DNA of 36,928 nucleotides. It comes from Octopus bimaculoides. Taxonomy: Eukaryota. Location: the NCBI RefSeq assembly GCF_001194135.2, contig NC_068981.1:169988326-170025253 (forward strand). Direction: 5' to 3'. This document shows positions 24,431 to 35,207 of this stretch, in pieces. How positions within the stretch are numbered: position 1 is the first letter of the stretch; each line of letters begins with the position of its first letter. The translations under genes were made by a program, and so were the position numbers. The notes below the pieces were generated by a model that worked only from the letters and a program-made list of their open reading frames with translations, did not search any database and was not told the DNA's origin.

Positions 24431-24640
24431 TCATAATATAATACAGTATACATATATATTATATCGACATGAGTGTGTACATACGTAATTACATATATAT
24501 ATATACATATATACGTATATACATGCATACATACATATATGCATGCATACATACATATATACATATATACATGCATACATACATATGCATATGTGTATGT
24601 AGGTATATGTATATATTCCTTTATTCCCGTATACAGTCAC
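24128..24640. repeat. (TG)n/(TA)n/(CATA)n microsatellite block
   Basis: Seen directly; long (TA)n at ~24337-24421. Confidence 0.95.
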
Positions 24641-25068
24641 ACATTAAAAAAACATAGACATACTGAAAATTAAAAGCATGGCAAGAGCTTATACGAATTA
24701 ATAAAATAGAGTAATAAAGGATAAAATAAAATTGACCTTCTGTTTGTTAGTTTGCAGTGTATGGTCTCTGAACTGATGCATATTTTAAGAAGTTGTATTT
24801 CAATAAGGTTCTGCTACAGTTCGTTTCCGTTTGTAGTAGTAGTAGTTGTTGGTGTTGTTGTCATTTCACTTTTTACTTTTAGTTTTTTTTTTTTTTAAAT
24901 TTCTTTTAGACGCTTATAATATTCTCTCTCGGTACATTTTCTCTTTGTAGTTTTCCTCTCCCTTTGTTCCTGCTTACTTTCTTTTCACTTCCTACTCTTG
25001 TTTGTTTGGAAATGAATTTTTTTTTTTCCTGATATGTTTTCCGATGTAAAAAAAAAAAATCTTTGTTA

Positions 25069-25070
25069 AA

Positions 25071-25158
<88 letters not shown>

Positions 25159-25220
25159 TTGATAATAATGATAATAATAATAATATTATTAGTAGTATTA
25201 ATAATATTTATTATTATTAT
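25069..25220. repeat. (AAT)n microsatellite
   Basis: Seen directly; a second (AAT)n lies at ~25690-25734. Confidence 0.95.
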
Positions 25221-25688
25221 GTTATTTCTTTTGAAATTTTATTATACATCTTCCAATTTTAGCTATACATCTTTTTTGTTAATTTTTATATTTTTATACT
25301 GAAAATTTTGTACATATAACATCCTGTTTTTTTTCTTTTCATTTCTATTTTTTTAAATTACTTTTGACATTTTCTTTTTTTGCTTACATTTTTTTTTCTT
25401 TGTTGTTAAATACTTTCTACATTTTCCCCACAATTAAAAAAAATCTCTATACATCATTTTCTTTCCAATTATTAGTTTTCATGTTGTGGTTGTGGTTGTG
25501 GTTGTTGTTGTTGTTGTTGGTGGTGTTTTTGTTTATTATGTGGATGATACATAATACCACTCATGATGGTAATAATGACGATCACATTCGGAATTTGCTA
25601 AAAAAAATTTTTTTTACACTAATACACGCACACGCGCGCGCGTAAAATACTTTTAAAATAACATAATAATAATGGCAACGGAAATATC

Positions 25689-25736
<48 letters not shown>

Positions 25737-26449
25737 GTAATCCTTCCACTTCACGTAAAAAAAAGAAAACCAACTGTTGAGGTTATGTGGTTGTGGTAGA
25801 TAAATGATATTTCTTGTTTATTTAATTAATTTTCAAAATATTAATGTGTTGGGTGTGGTTTTGATTGATATGATGAAACGATGTGAGTATGGATATATAT
25901 ATGGATGTGGAATGGGTATGGTTATGGTACGGTATATATGTGTATATGTATATATATATATATATCACTCTCTTTCTCACTTTCATCGCACGCTTCCTGC
26001 TTTTGTTCTCCCCACCTTTTTTGTTTTTCCTATATTATTTGCTATTATGTATGCGTTCTCACTCCCTTGTCTGTGTTATTTGTTATGTTCTTTTTTTTTG
26101 TTTTTGATCTTTTTCCTGGTGGAACACAGCTGTAAATAAGTGAGGGGTCGTGAGCGTGGCGCGAGAATTCAGACCAATATTTGTATCATCCATTGTTGTT
26201 TGTATACTTACAGCGTGAGCTGGCTGGTTGGCCGGCTTGCTGGCTGTTTGGTTGGCTGATATAGTAGATATAGTACTGCTGTTGTTCGGCAAGGCGGTGT
26301 GTATGAGTAGGAGGGTAGTTTTGAGTGGAAAAACTTCGTAGTAAAACCTTTTGCTATTTACTGCACTACTACTACTGCAAGCTAGCTGCTTGCTACCTTA
26401 CAGTAGAAGTATGAACAGCAGCAGTAGTTATTCCAACTTGAATGGAACT

Positions 26450-27342
26450 GTGAGAAATAGAGACAGAGAGAGAGTTTTAAGAAGCTAAAGAGAAAGACAG
26501 ATTAATAAATAGAGAGAGAAAGAGAGAGAGAGAGACGAATTAAATTTTAGATTAAAAGAGAAAAAATAGAGAAATTGTTAGATTAACAGAGAGACAGATC
26601 GATTAAACAGAGAGAGAGAGAGATGAGTGGGAATGTGAGAGAGAGAATGAGAAAGATTCAGAAGGAGACAGAAAAAGAAAGAAATAAAGAGATACAGGAG
26701 ATAGAATATATAGAAATATATAGAAATTTTAAAGAAAAATTGAAAAAAGAGAAGAACAGCGAAGTGAAAAGAAGATAAGAGAATGTACTCGGTAACAGAT
26801 ATGGATAGAAATAGAGGGGTAAAGGGGTCCTAGGAGAGAAAAAAGAAAAAGGAATATGAGAAGGTGACAAGTGAAAACAAGGTGTAGGAAAAGATAGAGA
26901 AAGAGAATTACTGAGACAGAGTAAAAGAAAGAAGTAGCGGTGGTATGAAAAGAAATCAGGATTGGAAGAGAGAGGGAGAGGGGGAAAAGAAAGAGAGAGA
27001 GAGAAAGTGAGAAAGAGGAAGAAAGAGAGGCCGACAGAGAGGGAGAGATGACGACAAAGAGACAGATTGAGGGGGAATCGCAAAGAAAGAATTAAGAAGG
27101 CGTGGAGGAGAAAGTTTTACGATGGTAACAAGAAGGAATAGGGTTTAAAATGTTGTGAAAATGTGGAGAGAAAAAACACAGGAAAGAAAGGAAAAATAAA
27201 GTGAGACAAATAAAAAGGGGAGAAAAAAGAGAAATAATGCAAGAAATAACTAAATAAATAAATAATGAAAATAAATAAAGGAGTATAGAAACCAAGGATG
27301 GAACCAGAGGAAGGAAAACGTGAGAGAATTGGAGGAAAAAGC

Positions 27343-27381
<39 letters not shown>

Positions 27382-27960
27382 TAGAAATAGAGAGATAGAG
27401 ATAGAAAGAGAGAGAGATAGAAAGAGAGAGATAGAAAGACAGAGAGAGAAACATAGAGAGAAAAAGCGAGCGAATGAGAGAGAGAGAAGGATGCAGAATG
27501 AAAGAGGTAAAGTAAATGAAGAGTTAGAAAAGAAATTAAAGACAAAAAAAAAGAGAAGATAGAAGAGCATATTTATAGAGTAGGGAAGAGGAAGAGAGAA
27601 AACGTCATTTTCATAAATGGTAGAAAGAAATAACAGAATCGAATGAAAAGAAAGAAAAGAATAACTTTAAAGGAAGTGGTAACGTGAATAAATTGATAGA
27701 TAGATAGATAGATAGATAGATAAAGTGAGTGAGTGAGTTAGGGGTAATAAAGATAAAAAGGAACAAGGAAAAACAAAGATAGAAATTTTACTTTTTTTTG
27801 TATTTGAAGAAAAGAATGGAATAAACGAATAAATGAATGACAATAAAAAGAAAAGTAGAAAAAGAAATAACTTGAAAGAGTAAGGCAGACGGAATGATGG
27901 ACGAACAGATAGAGGAAACTGTAAGAGAGAGAGAGAGAGAGAGAGAAGCAGATGATAAGT
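26450..27960. repeat. 1.5-kb purine-rich (A/G) low-complexity tract with (GA)n and (GATA)n runs
   Basis: The + strand is almost entirely A/G; source of the S/L/F-rich minus-strand ORFs. Confidence 0.92.
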
Positions 27961-28650
27961 GGTTTTGTTTGAAAAGAAATCTCCCAAAAAGATTATAAAA
28001 AACATCAGTAATAACATCTCTTTCCTTCTTTGTATTACTTACAATATTTTATAGTATTATTAACTACAATATTATTAATGTTTAACCCAAGATCAAAAAT
28101 GATCCAAATGTGATTATCATGTTCTTGCCTTTATTTCAGTCACACTGTATTTATCTATCCATTACATAATCCAATGTATCGTTCCGAATGTGTGATCTGA
28201 AGTTTATTTGGGTGTCTATCTCATGCAGACTTGCAAAGGCTCCCTCGTTGATTACTATAGCTGATAATTGTAGCCAAGTAGCAAATAGGCAGAGTTATTT
28301 GTCGGGTCCGGGATCGTATGGAATAAATACCTTGAGAAATTTTTCCGAATTAGTTCGACTCGAGTTGAAATTGAGCAGAGATTACCTTCTTGTTATATCC
28401 TTTTCGGCAACATCCACCCCTAGGGGTCAGCCCCACTTAAGTGGCAATATACTACACTTTATCGTGCAGTTACTGTTAATACTTCATTTAGAGAATTAAC
28501 ATTNNNNNNNNNNNNNNNNNNNNNNNNNNNNNNNNNNNNNNNNNNNNNNNNNNNNNNNNNNNNNNNNNNNNNNNNNNNNNNNNNNNNNNNNNNNNNNNNN
28601 NNNNNNNNNNNNNNNNNNNNNNNNNNNNNNNNNNNNNNNNNATATATATA

Positions 28651-28695
28651 GTGCTCCAGCATGGCCGCAGTCAAATCACTGAAACAAGTAAAAGA
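28651..28695 (+). mobile_element. Probable SINE 3' tail just after a gap
   Basis: GTGCTCCAGCATGGCCGCAGTCAAATCACTGAAACAAGTAAAAGA resembles a common octopod retroposon 3' end (recalled, not verified by search). Confidence 0.45.
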
Positions 28696-29159
28696 GAGTA
28701 AGATATATATATATAAATATATATATTACATTCTATTTATACCCTTTTGTACCAAGCATAGCATAACATCGGTGATGTGGAGAGCGGAAATTTTTACATG
28801 GGCAAGTGTTGATCTTTGAAGTAACTTGCAACATCCAACCCAAGCAATATTTTGTATGGAATGCAGAGGCACCGGAACGCCAAATAGATAGCTCTGCGGC
28901 AATCATTCCTCCTTACTACGTTAAAAACAATCCGAAATTAGCTCTGAATTTCGTCCTTTCGGGGTTGACAAAGAAGAACTGAATACGGTCCTGTACAAGG
29001 GTTAATTCTTCTCTGTCTCTCAATCTTTTTTTTTTTCCTGTTGCTTTGATTTTCTCTTTCCTGAATATAATTGATTGTGTCTAAAGATGCCCAAAACATG
29101 CTATATACTTTAACAGCGCCTCTAAGACCCCTTTATTGAATTGACGACCCAAATTAAGA

Positions 29160-29460
29160 CAGTAACTCTTACCCTCACATGTACACTATACAGCAGTCTT
29201 TCTGTTTCATAAGGGTTATCCGTGATAGGAAGAAGTCTGAGAATGACCATCTGCATTAACGGAGAAAGCAGTATAAGTTCGCACAATATGCTGGATGTAG
29301 CAGCTAAATCTCCCTGAACTCACACAATGAACAGTTTTAAGAAAATAAAATATCGATTAATAGAATACCAATTCTACAAAAAGAGAGGATGGTGCCTTTC
29401 ATGATAGCGCTGAGGGATCATCACTCTTTCGGAGGCGATAACCAACAGCAAATATAAAAC
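29160..29460 (+). mobile_element. Diverged copy of the same retroposon family as 11770-12130
   Basis: Internal similarity 29297-29345 to 11953-12000; ends in an AACCAACAGCAA-type tail. Boundaries approximate. Confidence 0.5.
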
Positions 29461-29899
29461 CCTGCATTAAAGAAATCGTGGTAAGCGGTTACATTATTAT
29501 AGACAAATTTTAATAACTATGTTAGAATTACTGTAGATGCTGTTGTTTATGTACAGATCAGCATTGACAGGATATACCTATGATTCAAAGGTGTACCAAT
29601 ACCATAATTATAATTCCTGCGCCTTTTCGAATGCTCCCAATATAATTTTTCATTGGATTTTTTCGCATAACCGCATACAGACTGCCATATTTTCATTCGG
29701 ATCTGTGATGTAACTATCGGGCAATCCCATAAACAATGCGGTTTCTCAATTGCATGAACTAAATGTCAGAGGGGGGATGGGATAAACTACTTGCATCAGC
29801 TTGCTATAAAAGTAGGTAGTAATGTTACCTTGTACTTATTCTTAGTGCAAATTTTAAAGAGTGTAGTTCGATCTTAACAGTTATCTTTTCAAAGCAATA

Positions 29900-31142
29900 A
29901 TGGAAGTGACAAAGGAGCATATACGGCATATTTCGCTTTATGAGTTCAATAAAGGCAACAACGGAATGAAAAGTGGGAGGAATATTAATGCAGTATAAGG
30001 GGATAGTACAATAAGCGTAAACCAGTGTCAACGGTGATTCCAGAAATTCCGAACCGGGAACTGCAGCCTAGAAGACAGCCCTCGTCCTGGAAGATCTGTA
30101 GAGCTCGACAGGGACGCGCTGCAAACCCTGGTGGAACAAAATCCCATCGTAACTGTTGAGAAATTAGCTGAGATGCTTGGATTTGGTCATTCAACCATTC
30201 ATCGACACCTGCGTGCCATTGGAAAAGTCAGCAAATTTGGTTCCTTACAAAATTTCTGAGTCTAATCGCGCGCAGAGAATGAATGTGTGCTCTTCTTTGC
30301 TGTTACATCTCACGAATGAAACTTTTTTTTGCCCAATAGTGACTGGTGATGAGAAATGGGTTCTTTATAAAAATGTCAAGCGCCGAAGACCGTGAGTAGG
30401 GAAAGGAAAAACACCGGCACCCCAGGCGAAAGAAGGTCTTCACCCACGTAATGTGTTGTTATCTGTTTGGTGGGATATGAAAGGTTTAGTCCACTTTGAA
30501 CTTTTAAACACAAACTAAACCATAATAAAGGAAATGTACTGCGAGCAGCTTGAGCGGCTCAAGTCGGCGATAGAAGAAAAACGACCGTCATTGGTTTCAT
30601 GACGAAATGTGTTCTTCCATCAGGAAAATCTTTTCTACTCTAGGCACAAGGCCTAACATTTTTAGGAGGGTGCCAGTCAATAAGACCGACTCCAATGCGC
30701 AACTGGTACTTAATTTATCGATCCCGAAGGGCTGAAAGACAAAATCGACCTCGGCGGAATTTGAACTCAGAACGTAAAAGCAGACGAAATACTGCTAAGC
30801 ATTTCGTCCAGCGTGCTAACGTTTCTGCCAGCTCGCGGCCTAGTTCTTCCATCAAGATAATGCTCGGCCATATACAGCGAGGATTACATTCGAAAGGATG
30901 AGCAGTTTGAATGGAAAACGATATCTCACCCACCATATTCGCCGGACATTGCCCTATTATTTATTCTGCTGTCTTCAAAATCATTTTGACGGAAACAATA
31001 TAAATCCTGTAGACGAGTCCAGAACAGTTCGAAGGAAGTATTTTTCGCCACGAACAAGGGAATTTTTGAAGAGGGCTTTGCATGTCTACCAGAGAGATGG
31101 AAGAGCATTTTAGAAAATAAAGGAAAGTATGTTTTAGATTAA
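29900..31142 (+). pseudogene. Mariner transposase pseudogene
   Basis: Manual translation: MEVTKEHIRH..LYEFNKG (HTH start), LEDSPRPGRS, LAEMLGFGHSTIHRHLRAIGKVSK, (W)VPYKISE, IVTGDEKWVLY (D1), LLSVWWDMKGLVHFELL, FFHQ|DNARP (D2), HPPYSPDIA, LPERWKSILENKGKYVLD*. Several in-frame stops (e.g. TAA 29996-29998) and frameshifts. Confidence 0.95.
30630..30842 (-). mobile_element. tRNA-derived SINE nested in the mariner transposase
   Basis: Same family as 4105-4332 (shares CTCGGCGGAATTTGAACTCAGAACGTA on +). Flanked by a 19-bp TSD GTTCTTCCATCAGGAAAAT (30611-30629) / GTTCTTCCATCAAGATAAT (30843-30861), 2 mismatches. Confidence 0.92.
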
Positions 31143-31643
31143 AAAAGAACTTTGCTTATCTTAATTTTAAAAACTAAATGAAGTATAAAAAAACTGCATT
31201 ATTTATGGTATGACCCAATAAATAGAAAATATGCATTTAAATACAAAAGTTAATATTGATATATTTTCCAGCTTTGGACATACTACATTAAAAAAAAACA
31301 ATCCAACATAACAATCAGCATTTCTTAAAAACGTTCCAGCTGTTACCACCCAGTTTTTTTGAGAGTATTCCAACATGATAATCACATGATATATACTTCC
31401 CAATCATTTTTTTCTTCAAGGACGTATTGACTAATATAGTACGAGATATTTATGCCTGAAAAGTATATGGTAGGCTTGAATGTAGTATCGTAGATAATTT
31501 GAACATACTTGGGGCTGCCCTACAACAATTAGTGACAGGCATGTATACGCTAAATGCGTACTTAAGTATGTGTATATGATTGCATCAGAATACATACATA
31601 CACAAAAGCACGCACACATATGTACATATAAATATACATATAC

Positions 31644-31688
<45 letters not shown>

Positions 31689-32525
31689 NNNNNNNNNNNN
31701 NNNNNNNNNNNNNNNNNNNNNNNNNNNNNNNNNNNNNNNNNNNNNNNNNNNNNNNNNNNNNNNNNNNNNNNNNNNNNNNNNNNNNNNNNNNNNNNNNNNN
31801 NNNNNNNNNNNNNNNNNNNNNNNNNNNNNNNNNNNNNNNNNNNNNNNNNNNNNNNNNNNNNNNNNNNNNNNNNNNNNNNNNNNNNNNNNNNNNNNNNNNN
31901 NNNNNNNNNNNNNNNNNNNNNNNNNNNNNNNNNNNNNNNNNNNNNNNNNNNNNNNNNNNNNNNNNNNNNNNNNNNNNNNNNNNNNNNNNNNNNNNNNNNN
32001 NNNNNNNNNNNNNNNNNNNNNNNNNNNNNNNNNNNNNNNNNNNNNNNNNNNNNNNNNNNNNNNNNNNNNNNNNNNNNNNNNNNNNNNNNNNNNNNNNNNN
32101 NNNNNNNNNNNNNNNNNNNNNNNNNNNNNNNNNNNNNNNNNNNNNNNNNNNNNNNNNNNNNNNNNNNNNNNNNNNNNNNNNNNNNNNNNNNNNNNNNNNN
32201 NNNNNNNNNNNNNNNNNNNNNNNNNNNNNNNNNNNNNNNNNNNNNNNNNNNNNNNNNNNNNNNNNNNNNNNNNNNNNNNNNNNNNNNNNNNNNNNNNNNN
32301 NNNNNNNNNNNNNNNNNNNNNNNNNNNNNNNNNNNNNNNNNNNNNNNNNNNNNNNNNNNNNNNNNNNNNNNNNNNNNNNNNNNNNNNNNNNNNNNNNNNN
32401 NNNNNNNNNNNNNNNNNNNNNNNNNNNNNNNNNNNNNNNNNNNNNNNNNNNNNNNNNNNNNNNNNNNNNNNNNNNNNNNNNNNNNNNNNNNNNNNNNNNN
32501 NNNNNNNNNNNNNNNNNNNNNNNNN
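31689..32525. other. Assembly gap (N-run) between (GT)n and (TA)n
   Basis: Seen directly. Confidence 0.99.
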
Positions 32526-33329
32526 ATATATATATACATTTTATTGAGAGACACAAATATACAGATATAAACACACACGTGAATACACACAGTCCCCACG
32601 CATTTCAGTCATGTGGATGGTTATCTTTGAAATCAGATGTGGTGCTTATCCGAGCGAGTGTTAAATTGGTTGGTTGGTTGATTTACATATACAAGCCGTG
32701 CTTAGCATATGACACAACATGTTATATTTTATATATATTGTGGGAATATTTGTTGTTTTGCTTGTTGTTGTTTATGATGTTGTTGAAAGTTTATGATTTT
32801 CTCATTTTTGATACTGTTTTTGATATAGTTTCTCTGTTGTAGATTTGAGAATTAACAAAAAAACAGGGGCAAAAAATGGTGAATGAAGGAAAACAGGAAA
32901 TAATTCAAGGTAGGCACAAACGCAATGACGAAACAAAACAGTAGAAATGGATTTCATTCCATTCATCCATACCACACCCGCATGCATCCATACACTAGCG
33001 CACAAACACGCAAATCCATGCATAAAAATATGTAATTCATGGATGTGTGTTGATATATATATATATATGTGTATGTGTGTGCGTGAAAGACAGACATATG
33101 CGTGTATGTGCGCAGCATGGGTATATTCATGCGCGTGTATACATGGATATGTCCATGCACATGTAGGCATACATCTATGAATTACATATTTTAGTACTGA
33201 ATTTGCGTGTTTGCGCGTTAGTGTATATATGTATGCATGTATGTATGTATATATATATTTATATATATAAGCATACATACATATATATATGCATATCTAT
33301 CTATATATCTATCTATCTATCTATCTATC

Positions 33330-33361
<32 letters not shown>

Positions 33362-34166
33362 AATATATATGCATACATACAACATATTACACGCGGAAAC
33401 GCACACAAACACATACGGAGACACACGCACACACATACATACGCACGTGTATCTACGTGGGGTAACAAACACAAGTACTTAACATATTTATTTAGAACTG
33501 TAAGCATATAATATCGGATAAATTCAGTTGCATATTGACGTTTTGTGACCGTGGAATGTGTCATCATCCTAAGATATTCTTAGACAGGTGAAGAGAATTC
33601 CTGAAATAATTTTAATATAGTTTTTTTAAAATTACTTTTTGTACGTTTATTTGTATCTCAGTCCATCATGTCCGATTACGTGATTATTTTGACTAGGGAG
33701 TAACTGCGATTATTTTATAATCTCTACCTGGTAGTGCAAAACAGGTTGTTGGCGTCAAATAGTCGGTGCTATGAATGGCTTTATAATTCAGCAACAAAAT
33801 TTGCTAAACGAGGTTATAGCAGGCTTCATGGTGTCAGGTTATATCTCAATGCGGATATCAAATATGACTGAGGAATGCAAATATAACCGAATTATAGAAG
33901 GCTACAGTGATTGTACTCTGATTGGAAAATAATCACACAACTGGCTAAAATGTATTCTATACCCAGAAATTTCACAAGGGGCGGCTATGATTAGACTGGT
34001 GTTTAAGGGTTATGGGCTCCAATGAATTTCTTTCACAGAGTTTATGTTTCAAAGCAAAATATAAGATAGATCGAGTTTTCTATTAATAGGTATTACAGGA
34101 TGTGGCAGTATATGTTGTTTCTCATGAAGGCAACCTGTTATTAGACACTTATAACTTTAAGTTTGT

Positions 34167-34761
34167 GGATCTTTTTTAAAACGGGGGCCACATTTTTCAT
34201 TAATGTTTTACGTAGTGTTTTTGGTACCGAAAGACTTTCAAACTTCGTATACTTATCTATTTTGTGTTATAGAACACAAAAATATTTTTGTATTCGAATT
34301 TATTTCATGTAAAAAATTGTCTTATTTCGATAATTTCAACCAATCACTGACGTCCATTCAGCCGATATACATTAAGTGCCCACTACATAAACAAACGATT
34401 CTTCGTTTTATTTGCTTTTTTCATTTTAAATTTGCTTTAACCCTAACCCTAACCCTAACCCTAACCCTAACCCTAACCCTAGGGTTAGGGTTAGGGTTAG
34501 AGTTAGGGTTAGGGTTAGGGTTACTTGTTTCAGAATCGTTTGTTTATGTAGTCGGCACTTAATGTATATCGGCTGAATGGACGTCAGTGATTGGTTGAAA
34601 TTACAGAAATACGACAACTTTAACATGGAATAATTTATGGATTTCTTTTTTTTAAAGACGACTAAGAGAAAAAGATGTTTTATATGACACATTCTACCAG
34701 TGTTCCAAGTTTCAAAGTGTTTCGTTAATGAAAAATGTGGCCCCCGTTTTAAAAAAGATCC
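34167..34761. mobile_element. Non-autonomous foldback DNA transposon (MITE) with a central telomeric-repeat palindrome; Merlin-like ends
   Basis: Perfect 37-bp TIR GGATCTTTTTTAAAACGGGGGCCACATTTTTCATTAA at 34167-34203 with its reverse complement at 34725-34761. Exact 8-bp TSD AAGTTTGT at 34159-34166 and 34762-34769. Inner inverted arms 34331-34402 and 34532-34603 (1 mismatch in 72). No ORF. GG termini plus an 8-bp TSD fit Merlin; hAT and P also make 8-bp TSDs, so the superfamily is inferred. Confidence 0.93.
34438..34523. repeat. Interstitial telomeric-type palindrome (TAACCC)7-(AGGGTT)7
   Basis: Read directly: CCCTAA repeats switch to TTAGGG repeats at CCCT|AGGG (axis 34480/34481). One variant unit AGAGTT at 34499-34504. 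Confidence 0.97.
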
Positions 34762-34996
34762 AAGTTTGTTGACTGCTACTTCCTCTTATTTGTTTCCCAT
34801 TCTTATATCTACTCCAATGTCTGTAGAGTGCAAAGCAATATGATGAACTGTTTCAGACAGATACGTGGCCGTATGATTGAAAACAAAATAAACTCAATTA
34901 AAAGTATCCAAACTGACAGATGGTTGTATCAAACCCGGTAACAAATTGAATACTGTGTCAGGAATTACGATGAATCGATGAGTCTATCAAAATTGG

Positions 34997-35207
34997 TTTG
35001 AAAGTTTGTTACTATGCCAGCAATTCTGGGTCAGTGAGGAAATCAATTGCATCTCCACCACAGCTCAAATGGTTTCTATTTTATAGAACCCGAAGTAATG
35101 AAAAGCTGAGTCGACTACGGCAGAATTTGAACTGAGAACGTAAAAGACGGACGAAATGCCGCTAAGCATAGCCCGGTGTGCTAACGTTTCTAGGAGCTCG
35201 CCGCCTT
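34997..35207 (-). mobile_element. SINE copy of the main family
   Basis: GTCGACTACGGCAGAATTTGAACTGAGAACGTAAAAGACGGACGAAATGCCGCTAAGCA..GTGCTAACGTTTC..GAGCTCGCCGCC. Possible degenerate TSD ATGAGTCTATCAAAATT (34978-34994) / ATGAATCTACCAAATT (35208-35223). Confidence 0.85.

Larger units (their letters stand above)
29715..31220 (+). mobile_element. Full-length, decayed mariner (Tc1/mariner, DD34D-type) DNA transposon
   Basis: Left end TA+TCGGGCAATCCCATAAACAATGCGGTTT (29715-29744) matches the reverse complement of the right end AAACTGCATTATTTATGGTATGACCCAA+TA (31191-31220) at 24/30 positions, TA TSDs included. About 1.27 kb after removing the nested SINE and one TSD copy, typical for mariner. Encloses a transposase pseudogene. 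Confidence 0.93.

Noticed and set aside
26658-27570. S/L/F-rich 'membrane protein' ORFs (-) and an E/R/K-rich ORF (+)
   Set aside because: Products of the A/G low-complexity tract.
28150-28340. Minus-strand peptide INEGAFASLHEI resembling a leucine-rich repeat
   Set aside because: A single short match bounded by stops, with no second repeat and no clear exon borders.
31562-32842. ORFs of 300-420 aa (likewise those at 16676-17329 and 23266-24125)
   Set aside because: They span N-gaps; their length is an artefact.
34438-34523. Ancient telomere-telomere fusion site or true chromosome end
   Set aside because: The orientation is opposite to a fusion scar, the tract is short, and it sits inside TIRs with a TSD.
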